Shown here piece after piece: positions 56,001-63,647 of a stretch of DNA of 63,647 nt; positions within the stretch are counted from its first letter, which is position 1; each line of letters opens with the position of its first letter. The translations under genes and the position numbers were made by a program. The notes under the pieces were generated by a model, which was not told the DNA's origin, did no database searches, and saw only the letters and a list, made by a program, of their open reading frames with translations. This stretch comes from a virus. Its lineage: Duplodnaviria; Caudoviricetes. The stretch lies in the IMG/VR virus record IMGVR_UViG_3300030059_002966, positions 1-63,647 of that record. One strand, 5' to 3'.

Positions 56001-59000
56001 TTGCAGTAACAAGTTCTCCTGGTGAAGTAGACACTTTTATTGGCGCACAAGCTAAAAGTTCTGTAAAGTCTGATAGAGAATACCAGGTTGGTGTAGTTTA
56101 TTCAGATGAGTACGGTAGAGAATCTTCTGTACTAATAGGAAATAGCAAAGGTTTAAAAATTACCAAAGAATCTAGCAATACTCAAAACAGAATTTTTGCT
56201 AAAATACAAAACAAAGCGCCTTATTGGGCTAAGCATTACAAGTTTTATTTAAAAGAAATAGCTGAAGAGTACCACAATATTGTTCTTTACAAAGCATACA
56301 GCACAGGTGGTTTAAATGATGATAACGATGCTGATGGAAACATAAACTTTGTCTGGCTAGCTTTTAACTCTGCTGATGTAAATAAAGTTTCTAAAGGAAG
56401 TTATTTAATACACAAGAAACAACACGGTAATACAACTGCTGTTTTAGATCCTAGCGCTAAGTATAGAGTGCTAGATATTATTGGTAACGCTACTATTGAT
56501 GAAGAAGAAATAAGTGTTGGTGGTTTAGACTTAGATGCTTTAGGTGCTACTTTTGATGACGTAAATGGAAAGTTTTTTGTAAAAATAGAGACAGACAATA
56601 ACTTTGTGTTGAATATAGGTGACGGAGAATCTATTACAAATGATGAAAACGTAAGCAGTGGCGCTGTGTTTGAGGTTGTAAAAACTACACCCGTAGACAT
56701 AGACTTGTTTTATGAAGTAAGCCAAGCTTTTCCAATTTACTTAGACAAGAACAATGCTAGCACGATTATAAAGGCTGGTGATGTAATTACTCTTGAAGAA
56801 GGCTGGAGTCAAAACGAATTCAACAACTGGAGTTTACAAAACCTAGCCGTTGTTGCTGGCGAACAATCTGCTTACTCTTTAGGTCAAAGCAACGTGCAAT
56901 TCAATGAATCTGGCTCTGTTATTGTTACTCTTCAAGAAAACTTTAATTACGCTCTTAACGCTGGATCTGACGCTAATAAAACACTTAGATTTACTAGACC
57001 AGATGGTAGCTACTACATACTAGCTGCCACAGGTCTTAACTTAGCTGGGAATACTATAAGAATATATCCTTTTACTCACAAGACTTCTCAGTCTAACTTT
57101 TCTAGTAAACATTTGTTAAACTTTTTTAATTGTTTTACTTTTGGAAACGGAGTAGAATCTGATAGAGTTAGAGACGACTTTAACGCCAACGTAATATATC
57201 CTTATACTAGTGTTGGTAAAGCAAGTGGATTCAAAGCCTCTCTACCTGATGATGATTACAAAAGAAATCACAAGAAAAACGATATAATATTTTCTCAAAT
57301 AAAAAACGAAGTTGGTGGTTTGAATAGAACTAACGAGTTTTTAATGGCAGAAAACATTGTAAAAAGACTAAGCTCAGAGTACGGTAGTATACAAAAGTTG
57401 TTTACTAGAAACACAGACGTAATTGCTTTCTGTGAAGGTAAAGTCTTAAAAATACTAGCAAACAAAGATGCTTTGTTTAACGCTGACGGAAACTCTCAAT
57501 TATTGTCTTCAACAAATGTTTTAGGTCAAGCAGTACCTTTTACGGCTGACTATGGCATATCTAAAAACCCAGAATCATTTGCGGTAGACGAGTTTAGATC
57601 ATACTTTGTCGATAAAGACAGAGGAGCAGTACTAAGGCTTTCTAGAGACGGTATAAGCGCTATATCAGACTTTGGTATGAAGGACTTTTTTAGAGACAAT
57701 TTAAAAGACTCTGTAGTTTGCATTGGTAGTTATGACAGAAGAAAAGAAGAGTATAATCTAACGATACACACATACGACTCTCCTAATCCTTCTAACAAAA
57801 ACGTATACACACTATCATACAGTGAAAGCGCTAAAGGATGGATAAGCTTTAAGTCTTGGATAAAAGAGTCTGGAGTTTCTTTAAGCAATGATTACTACAC
57901 TTTTAAAAATAGCAAGATGCACCTGCATCATGTTAATAGCAAGTTTCACAATAATTTTTATGGAACACAGCAAAAGTCTACTATAACGCCTATATTCAAC
58001 GATTCTAGTGGTACAGTAAAGCACTTTGACACTGTTAGCTACGAAGGAACTCAAAGCAAGGTTATTAAGTTTACAAATGAAGTTGTTGACGGCGTTACTT
58101 ATAACGATGGAGAATATTATAATGCTGTTGCCAAAAACGGATGGCACATAGAATCTATAGTAACAGACTTACAGGAAGGTTATATAGACGAGTTTATTGA
58201 CAAAGAAAACAAATGGTTTAATTATATAAAAGGAATATCTACTTCTCACACAAACCTTGCTGACGGAGATGTTACGAGCAACTTAGACTTTAACGAAATA
58301 AACATGCAAGGTATAGGTGACCTAAGTGCCAATGCAACGTCTAACGTTGGTGGTTTTAGCGAAGGGCACGATATTAACGTAAGTGTATCAAACTCCGACA
58401 ACGCACAATGGTCTTCTGCCGGCTATGAGATTTACAATCAGTCTTCATACCCAGGAACAGCAACATTTGTTATAATTCCAAATGCTGGATACGCGGTTGG
58501 AGCTGCAAACTTCAGCATTACCAACAGCTTACCCATTTGGATTACTAGTGTTTCTTTCTCTGATTCTACTATTGCAGGAACTGCTGACAATACTGTTATT
58601 GGTACAATAACTTTCTCAGGACAAACTCTTTCTTCAGATGTTTCTCATAGTTTACAAATAGACACTGTTGCCGCACCAACGGCTATGCTATGGACAGGAA
58701 ATATAAATATTTATGGTTCAGGAATAGGTCAACAGGGTGGTGAAACGTTTTCGCTAACATTGAACGATGACTTTGTTGGTCAATTAATAGGACCAACAAT
58801 AGAAAACGGTTATGCTTCTTATTTCGTAATAGCTTACATTTCCAGTCAAGCTAATAATTTTTCACCTTTACTAAAGTTTTCTGCAAACAGCGGCGTTAAC
58901 TACTTTTATCCTTTAAGTAACTTGTTGAGCACTTCTGTTAGCCCTATAAGCGAGGCTGAAAATTATAACTTTGAGCAACAAGTGCCAGGATCACTTAACG

Positions 59001-61399
59001 CTATTGCGGCTACAACTCAAGGCGTAGAAATAGAGTACGCATACCAAGGCGAAAACGTAGGTGTTGATCAAGACAACATAATAAGCATATATACTAACTC
59101 TCAGCAAGTTCAATGCGAGTTTAACAGCTATATTCCAGACGCTAGCAATGAAAATACGCCAACCGCTACATTTGACGACAACGGTGGGTTTAACAATGTA
59201 GGATTAGTAACTAATGTTGGAACTCCATCTGTAAAAGTTGTTGCTACAGACGATGATCTTGATTGGCTTACACCACAAACAATAACAAACTACATACAAC
59301 AAGGCGGTGGCCCTGTATTAGGACAGGTTACCTCTGAAGCATGTAGCTTTACTCTTTCGCAAAACAACGGAAACACTAGAGATTTAGAACTACATCTTTT
59401 TTCAGCTATAAACAATACTAATACTCCAGATGACATACTAGCTATAAAACAACAAGAAGCTGATGTTATAAACGCTGGAATACAAATACAAAGCATTATA
59501 AACGAAGTTGGAAACCCTGACTATGGTCAAGTTTACGACAATTTAAACGGCACTACTTTTGGCTCAGGCGTTCCTGGCCCAAAACTTACGCAAGAGGCGT
59601 ATCCACCTTTTATGCTGAGGGTTGTAGCAGACTGCAATGTGCAAGCAGGTGATGGTTTTTCTGATGCTAACTTCACAATAACATATTCTGATCCAGCAAA
59701 TCCTTTTGCTCAGTCTAACGGACCAATACCAGTATATGGACCTGTTGTACCACATAGTGGAAACTTAAATGTTTCTTTTACAGATAACAATGGATCTTAC
59801 GCTCATGCTCCTTTGATTTTACTGGAAAACGAAACAACTCAAGATAGAACTCTAACTATTACTGTTACGCATCCAAGCGATAGCTCAGTAAGTAAAACAA
59901 TAATTGTAACTCAAAAAGCGGCTTATAGTTCCGCTGATAACACTTTAAGATTTTTAAACAACATCGGTGGTTTGGCTAACTCAAATACCTCACCTAACTT
60001 TGATGAGCTAGAACAGTTTTTTAACGATGTTGATCCTGAAGAAACAGTAGAAATATCTGCGAATGGTGGCTACAAAGAGTTATATATTAAAATTCCCAAC
60101 GAAGACTATCAATTTATACAAGAAAATGCAACAGCAAATAATGAGCTTGCAGGGTCAGCTCTTCCTTCTGTCTCTCTACATGAAGCGCAGCTAGCTGGAA
60201 GCTACAATCCAGATGAGGGTGTACCTGGATGGTTGCAAAGCCCTGGTATAGATGAAAACGGTAATCCAGTATTTAGTGGAGGTGATGAATACTACGTTAC
60301 AGAAACTAATGTAGGTACATTTAGCTTAATACCTTTTTTCAATGGTTTTGTTCAAAACTATTACGGAATAAACTTAGCTCAGTACTATTATGAATTTAAT
60401 TTTACTGAAAACAACTATATTATACCAGGAAACTCTGTTCCTGATACTAGAAAGTTTGAGATTAGAGGTAAGCATCCTTTTAACAACACTGGGCAATACG
60501 ATAGTAAAATAAAGATTAAACAACCAGCAACACCTTACGCTCAGTTTTTATCTATAGAAGATATAGTGGCTAGTGACACTGATAATAACGGAAACTATGT
60601 GGTAAATATTCCTGGCGTTGCAAACAATGGAACACCTCAATTTGGACAATGGTTAAATGGGCAAAATATTTATTCCGATGAAGACTACACTGCAGGAAAC
60701 GTTCCAGCTGGCCTTATTAGCTACGCGCTTTTTGAGCAAACTACACCTACTTGGCTTATTGAATCAAGCGTAAACTTTAACTCTGGTACATCAACAACGC
60801 AAGATTATAACTGCCAAGTTGTTGTTCAGCCTAACTTTACAGGATTTACTAGAGAGGTTAACGTTAAAGTTGTAAACGCTAACTCTACTTTTGACTTCAA
60901 CATAAATGGTCCGGCTATTGACGATACGTTTCAGCAATCAAGAAAAATAATAATACCTGGCGCTATAGGATTTTTGTATTTAGGAGATCAAAACCTTTCG
61001 CCTTTCATAGTCCAAAATTTTCTTCACACCGGAACTAACAACGATTTTTTAGTTAACATGAATGAATCTGAGGAAATACCGCCAAAGTCGTTGCCTCAAT
61101 CCCAAGGAAACGTAAGCATGAGCACTGTAGTAAACTTTAACGGTCCAGTTCCTTACGTAGCAAACATTAAAATAAAAGAACAAGGTGAAGAAGATTATAC
61201 TTTTATTACAGATGAAGCTGAAGCTACTTGGATTAGCGTTTTACCAAATATTTCAACGCCAACGCAAAATGAAGTATCTCACAAGTTAAAAGTATCGTTT
61301 ACTGGAACCGGTGGAGATCCAGGTTCAATATTAAAATTTGATGTTATTCACGGGGCAAATCAAAACTTAGTAAAATCTTACACTATATTTAGAGCATAA
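53099..61399 (+). CDS. Tail stabilisation/nozzle protein with long insertions and C-terminal extension (2766 aa)
   Basis: MNKDLDERLVPSGEYRDALN N-terminus; YGISKNPESFA..YFVDKDRGAVLRLS core; beta-rich extension. Confidence 0.75.
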   Translation: MAEIKRTFLKSKMNKDLDERLVPSGEYRDALNIEVTTSEGANVGSVQNLKGNINTTVVDHNGFSLISGSRALSSNATTIGVHADDSTKAIYNFIHLAQDLVANGIYVGGTRFTGVKSDCITEFKPYLNQDGGGTRPIVVDVFEARSAATPFVAGDNDRIISGLETVFTDSSVQGSSSVPAGIRVGMRVRKVNLDGAAVDSDNTKIYVKKILGSDEANGKIEVTGGVFIPYTQVDLDTGVVFKFTAERVLNFEAGVNKIEENTDGTPSTKTPEDKIISSINLVDDILYYTDNRTEPKRISLTRFREKLSFIYKHSSHIWKDVSGTFVKTPLEESLITVIRKNPLTPPVVETITTTRQPIAIRVNNADDYGDFGNIVTQDEQGSATAFNYSEATTSLVLLLDDESPTGVSPFSFTTAENEVFLPDGSNMPNGNNLLALSASTERVNWRTGDVLQLTGNITNSTALVQIHLSHANGVVDGDPTQNLFTTFRVKLISTSQEYTGTEPDESWLAEIHDRDKVYEDDFVCFAYRYKYVDGEYSAISPYSNVAFKAGFYSYNPIKGFNGGMVNRAKSIKVSDFIPPHTPRDVEKVQLLFKKTNSALVNVIRTYERNSFDWNIQGTIGSNYKGALEISSEVFGAALGEDQSLRIFDNVPVKARSQEFSSSRLLYGNYHENYNVQDESFTNIDPRINSGFESLFTDFTASFESSSNMSSTQPSVAPEGNDLDSDLMYQISTDLTPGIPGGLQSMTPNFNPQDFTINYAEGTNDTVSNPFGGLPATIEVDPSNAYSNVIPGSNLVSLGWRCSEGPYYEASVSGSYTFKASVDVKFMYAQFTALADKPASHKGLFFGLARTTSSGEWLDHENLHGDNGDYNSVTINEANPNILHIEAVSGNNLNTTVNFFNNGAGPFQSFSFEKTVYLNAGEKVAAGFIGSHKILSLTNDAYYNTLSGAAFDGIAGNFLSLPILNNSYFAVTSSPGEVDTFIGAQAKSSVKSDREYQVGVVYSDEYGRESSVLIGNSKGLKITKESSNTQNRIFAKIQNKAPYWAKHYKFYLKEIAEEYHNIVLYKAYSTGGLNDDNDADGNINFVWLAFNSADVNKVSKGSYLIHKKQHGNTTAVLDPSAKYRVLDIIGNATIDEEEISVGGLDLDALGATFDDVNGKFFVKIETDNNFVLNIGDGESITNDENVSSGAVFEVVKTTPVDIDLFYEVSQAFPIYLDKNNASTIIKAGDVITLEEGWSQNEFNNWSLQNLAVVAGEQSAYSLGQSNVQFNESGSVIVTLQENFNYALNAGSDANKTLRFTRPDGSYYILAATGLNLAGNTIRIYPFTHKTSQSNFSSKHLLNFFNCFTFGNGVESDRVRDDFNANVIYPYTSVGKASGFKASLPDDDYKRNHKKNDIIFSQIKNEVGGLNRTNEFLMAENIVKRLSSEYGSIQKLFTRNTDVIAFCEGKVLKILANKDALFNADGNSQLLSSTNVLGQAVPFTADYGISKNPESFAVDEFRSYFVDKDRGAVLRLSRDGISAISDFGMKDFFRDNLKDSVVCIGSYDRRKEEYNLTIHTYDSPNPSNKNVYTLSYSESAKGWISFKSWIKESGVSLSNDYYTFKNSKMHLHHVNSKFHNNFYGTQQKSTITPIFNDSSGTVKHFDTVSYEGTQSKVIKFTNEVVDGVTYNDGEYYNAVAKNGWHIESIVTDLQEGYIDEFIDKENKWFNYIKGISTSHTNLADGDVTSNLDFNEINMQGIGDLSANATSNVGGFSEGHDINVSVSNSDNAQWSSAGYEIYNQSSYPGTATFVIIPNAGYAVGAANFSITNSLPIWITSVSFSDSTIAGTADNTVIGTITFSGQTLSSDVSHSLQIDTVAAPTAMLWTGNINIYGSGIGQQGGETFSLTLNDDFVGQLIGPTIENGYASYFVIAYISSQANNFSPLLKFSANSGVNYFYPLSNLLSTSVSPISEAENYNFEQQVPGSLNAIAATTQGVEIEYAYQGENVGVDQDNIISIYTNSQQVQCEFNSYIPDASNENTPTATFDDNGGFNNVGLVTNVGTPSVKVVATDDDLDWLTPQTITNYIQQGGGPVLGQVTSEACSFTLSQNNGNTRDLELHLFSAINNTNTPDDILAIKQQEADVINAGIQIQSIINEVGNPDYGQVYDNLNGTTFGSGVPGPKLTQEAYPPFMLRVVADCNVQAGDGFSDANFTITYSDPANPFAQSNGPIPVYGPVVPHSGNLNVSFTDNNGSYAHAPLILLENETTQDRTLTITVTHPSDSSVSKTIIVTQKAAYSSADNTLRFLNNIGGLANSNTSPNFDELEQFFNDVDPEETVEISANGGYKELYIKIPNEDYQFIQENATANNELAGSALPSVSLHEAQLAGSYNPDEGVPGWLQSPGIDENGNPVFSGGDEYYVTETNVGTFSLIPFFNGFVQNYYGINLAQYYYEFNFTENNYIIPGNSVPDTRKFEIRGKHPFNNTGQYDSKIKIKQPATPYAQFLSIEDIVASDTDNNGNYVVNIPGVANNGTPQFGQWLNGQNIYSDEDYTAGNVPAGLISYALFEQTTPTWLIESSVNFNSGTSTTQDYNCQVVVQPNFTGFTREVNVKVVNANSTFDFNINGPAIDDTFQQSRKIIIPGAIGFLYLGDQNLSPFIVQNFLHTGTNNDFLVNMNESEEIPPKSLPQSQGNVSMSTVVNFNGPVPYVANIKIKEQGEEDYTFITDEAEATWISVLPNISTPTQNEVSHKLKVSFTGTGGDPGSILKFDVIHGANQNLVKSYTIFRA

Positions 61400-61401
61400 T
61401 T

Positions 61402-62256
61402 ATGGCAATAACAACATTATTTTTTTCAATAGATCCACAGTCAACAGGCGCCGCTATAGGTGACACTGCTTATTATATAGACGATGGCAACTTAGTTGCA
61501 ACTGGTGGATTTGATACTAGCTCAAGCATTAATAATGTAATTAACATGGGCACTATAACTGGTTTTGGTTTTCAAAACTCTTCTACCGTTGCTGCTATTA
61601 AATCAACACACATTATAGTTTTTACAAGTGAAACTTTTAACTCTGGAGATATAAACTTTGAATACGTAGTAAACAGCGGAGTTCCATATTCTAACGCTCA
61701 GACTTCGTCAAACTTTTTTCTTTACTACAATGCTGATCCTGGATACACTCAAAATCAAGTCATTAGCCCTGGTGTTCTCTCTACTGGAACGCCAAAAAAA
61801 ATAGGTGTTGCGCCTTCTGGTACAGCAGCTGGTAGAGCCGCTAACTTTAAAAGTGCTATTGAGTTTGCTTCTCAAGGAGCTTTAACTTGTGCTTTGTCTA
61901 CTACTTCTGCAGCAAACGACACGCTAACAGTAACTCAAAATATAGCTGGAGAAAGCGGTAACTTACCTGTTAATGATTTTGTAGGTAACATGGATAGTAT
62001 AACTTCATCTTTTCCTACTGCTTTTACTAGTGGAGCTGATGCAACAACTAGTTTTGATGCTTATACCATGACTGTGGAAACAGACAACTTGTATGACTTG
62101 CCAACAACTAATGACTATATATTCTTTAGCAGAGATAATTCTGTAAACTTAAGTTCGCTAATAGGATACTATGCAGAGCCTAAGTTTGTAAATGACTCCA
62201 CTAACTACGCGGAACTGTTTAGCGTAGGCTTAGGTGTAACAGAAAGCAGTAAATAA
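61402..62256 (+). CDS. Putative tail protein
   Basis: Follows the nozzle gene; C-terminal SSLIGYYAE..AELFSVG..ESSK. Confidence 0.55.
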   Translation: MAITTLFFSIDPQSTGAAIGDTAYYIDDGNLVATGGFDTSSSINNVINMGTITGFGFQNSSTVAAIKSTHIIVFTSETFNSGDINFEYVVNSGVPYSNAQTSSNFFLYYNADPGYTQNQVISPGVLSTGTPKKIGVAPSGTAAGRAANFKSAIEFASQGALTCALSTTSAANDTLTVTQNIAGESGNLPVNDFVGNMDSITSSFPTAFTSGADATTSFDAYTMTVETDNLYDLPTTNDYIFFSRDNSVNLSSLIGYYAEPKFVNDSTNYAELFSVGLGVTESSK

Positions 62257-62273
62257 CAACCTTAAAGTGTAAT
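62249..62273 (+). promoter_or_regulatory. Putative class II promoter GTAAA-N13-GTGTAAT
   Basis: Upstream of the ejection-protein operon; same architecture as 25017(-). Confidence 0.55.
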
Positions 62274-62298
62274 TATTAATAGATATAATTAAATCATA

Positions 62299-63198
62299 AT
62301 GGTAAACAAAAAAGAATCACCTATGAAGTTAGCTCCACTAGCCGCTATGGCTATAGTAAGTGGCGTTAAAGCGGGTGTTGATATATTTAGTGGTTTTGCT
62401 GCTAAAAGAAAAGCTCAAAAAGACTTAAAGAAACAGCAAGCAGAACTTGACAAAAGCATGTCTGCTTATGAAAACTTTGACTTTAGAATTCAAAATCCTT
62501 ACGAAGACTTAACTGTATCTACAGAGGGTCAAAAGCTAGCTAACGAACAAATGACACAACAGTCCGCTAATACTTTGCAATCGCTAAAAGCAGGTACAAC
62601 AGGTGCTGGAGCAGCGTCTTTAGCCACGGCTATATCTAGACAAGGTGCTTCAAATGCTAGAGCTGCGCAGGCTAGTACTGCTAACCAAGAGGCTGCTAAC
62701 CAAAGATTAGCCGCGGGTGCTCAAGAGCAAATTGATCAAAATGTAAAACAACAAAACTTTGGAAGAACAGAAACACTAGCGGCACTATCGCAACAAAATG
62801 TTGCTACGTCTCAAGGTATGTTAAACGATGCTAACGCTCAAATAACTGGTGGCGTTGGGGATTTACTAGGTTCTGTAACAAGCTTTGCGTCACAAGGCGG
62901 TTTTGGTGGTGGAGAAAAAACAATGACAGATCCAGTTGTTGGCAATATAGATGGTGACGCTGCAGATGTTGCGTACAACACTAGAAGCGGTCAAACGTTT
63001 GGTATGAATAATCCAAGCACGCTAAACAAAACAGGAATCTTATATGAAGATCTTAACATGACAATAAAAAGATTACAAGAAGATCCAAACTTTAGACACT
63101 TGAACAGTGGTCAACTTAAAAGTATATTTGATGAGCAAAACCAAGGCACAGGTATAGGTTTTACTCCTAACTTAACGCTTGGAGGCATAACAGGATAA
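62299..63198 (+). CDS. Putative pilot/ejection protein
   Basis: Ala/Gly/Gln-rich, hydrophobic N-terminus preceded by ESPMK. Confidence 0.65.
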   Translation: MVNKKESPMKLAPLAAMAIVSGVKAGVDIFSGFAAKRKAQKDLKKQQAELDKSMSAYENFDFRIQNPYEDLTVSTEGQKLANEQMTQQSANTLQSLKAGTTGAGAASLATAISRQGASNARAAQASTANQEAANQRLAAGAQEQIDQNVKQQNFGRTETLAALSQQNVATSQGMLNDANAQITGGVGDLLGSVTSFASQGGFGGGEKTMTDPVVGNIDGDAADVAYNTRSGQTFGMNNPSTLNKTGILYEDLNMTIKRLQEDPNFRHLNSGQLKSIFDEQNQGTGIGFTPNLTLGGITG

Positions 63199-63203
63199 TA
63201 ATT

Positions 63204-63647
63204 ATGGCAAAAACAAACGCACTATTAGCAGGTAATGCTGCTATTAACAAAGCTAAAGCGGCTTCGGTAATAGACTACGGATCTATGCTTGACAAAAGCG
63301 TAGAAATATTAAACACAAGATTTCAACTAGCCAACGATACTACCGTTGCTTTTTTAAATAACATGCCAGAAGACTTTTCTGCTGAGATTGTTCCAGTTGA
63401 AGGTAGAGAGCTTCTAACAAACTTTCTTAGAGAAAATAAAGATAGATATGCTGAGCTTTCAAAGACAGCAGGTAAGTACTCTAACAGACCTACTAGCGAA
63501 GAGTATTTAAACGCTACTAGAGAGCTAGACAAAATAAAAAACTCTTTTGCCTCTACTAAAGAATCTTTAGAAAACTTTTCTAAAACAAGAGAAGACGCAG
63601 CTAACAATGTTGGCAATTGGTCTCCGGCTATGACAGGCGTTGATCAA
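63204..63647 (+). CDS. N-terminal part of a putative internal virion/ejection protein (about 541 aa in total, continues at 83..1282)
   Basis: ATG at 63204, open to the window end; ATG 63630 equals ATG 83 and is in frame (426 nt). Confidence 0.85.
   Translation, partial: MAKTNALLAGNAAINKAKAASVIDYGSMLDKSVEILNTRFQLANDTTVAFLNNMPEDFSAEIVPVEGRELLTNFLRENKDRYAELSKTAGKYSNRPTSEEYLNATRELDKIKNSFASTKESLENFSKTREDAANNVGNWSPAMTGVDQ
63548..63647. repeat. Terminal overlap, copy 2 (circular assembly)
   Basis: Matches 1..100; lies inside an ORF that reads through the junction. Confidence 0.97.

Noticed and set aside
496-63616. Opposite-strand and nested ORFs in the track (e.g. 1998..2378, 14438..14974, 22793..23206, 31691..32011, 37515..37931, 63323..63616)
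   Set aside because: They are shadows of well-supported genes, with no motifs or start context.
1-63647. Stop-codon reassignment, diversity-generating retroelement, introns/inteins, integrase
   Set aside because: The standard code gives dense full-length genes; I recognised no reverse transcriptase, TR/VR pair, split core gene or recombinase motif.

Overview
The window is an apparently complete, circularly assembled dsDNA phage genome of about 63.55 kb; positions 1-100 repeat at 63548-63647 with one mismatch. It is most likely a marine Flavobacteriia/Bacteroidota podovirus with crAss-like head and tail genes. Host evidence: a T9SS C-terminal domain, Gln at +1 of three signal peptides, A-rich start contexts without Shine-Dalgarno sequences, and one TTTG..TAnnTTTG promoter. 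The genome has two arms. The minus-strand early/replication arm (33490 to 16622) holds small early genes, a sigma factor, ERF and exonuclease, SSB, primase-helicase, a dCMP-hydroxymethylase-like enzyme, MazG, endonuclease I and class II RNR. The plus-strand late arm (33878 through the junction to 16494) holds basic small proteins, GroEL/GroES, terminase, portal, capsid, tail, ejection proteins, a host-envelope module and an endolysin. I recognised no DNA polymerase, RNA polymerase, integrase or CRISPR array. Main leads: (1) 11 copies of a non-host promoter, CACAAA-N17/18-AGATAATA, plus a second promoter class, but only one free-standing sigma, while the 2465-aa ejection-type protein contains a sigma region 2/3-like segment, suggesting a virion-delivered sigma; (2) a shared MAFKMK...SP(M/L)K N-terminal leader on unrelated basic late proteins and a variant on a zincin protease, suggesting capsid targeting and processing; (3) a phage-encoded outer-membrane/T9SS cargo module; (4) a cytosine-modifying TS-family enzyme without a phage polymerase; (5) two 47/48-bp palindromic sites; (6) a tandem-GroES co-chaperonin; (7) several structured non-coding elements. 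All protein family calls come from motif recognition by eye, not database searches.
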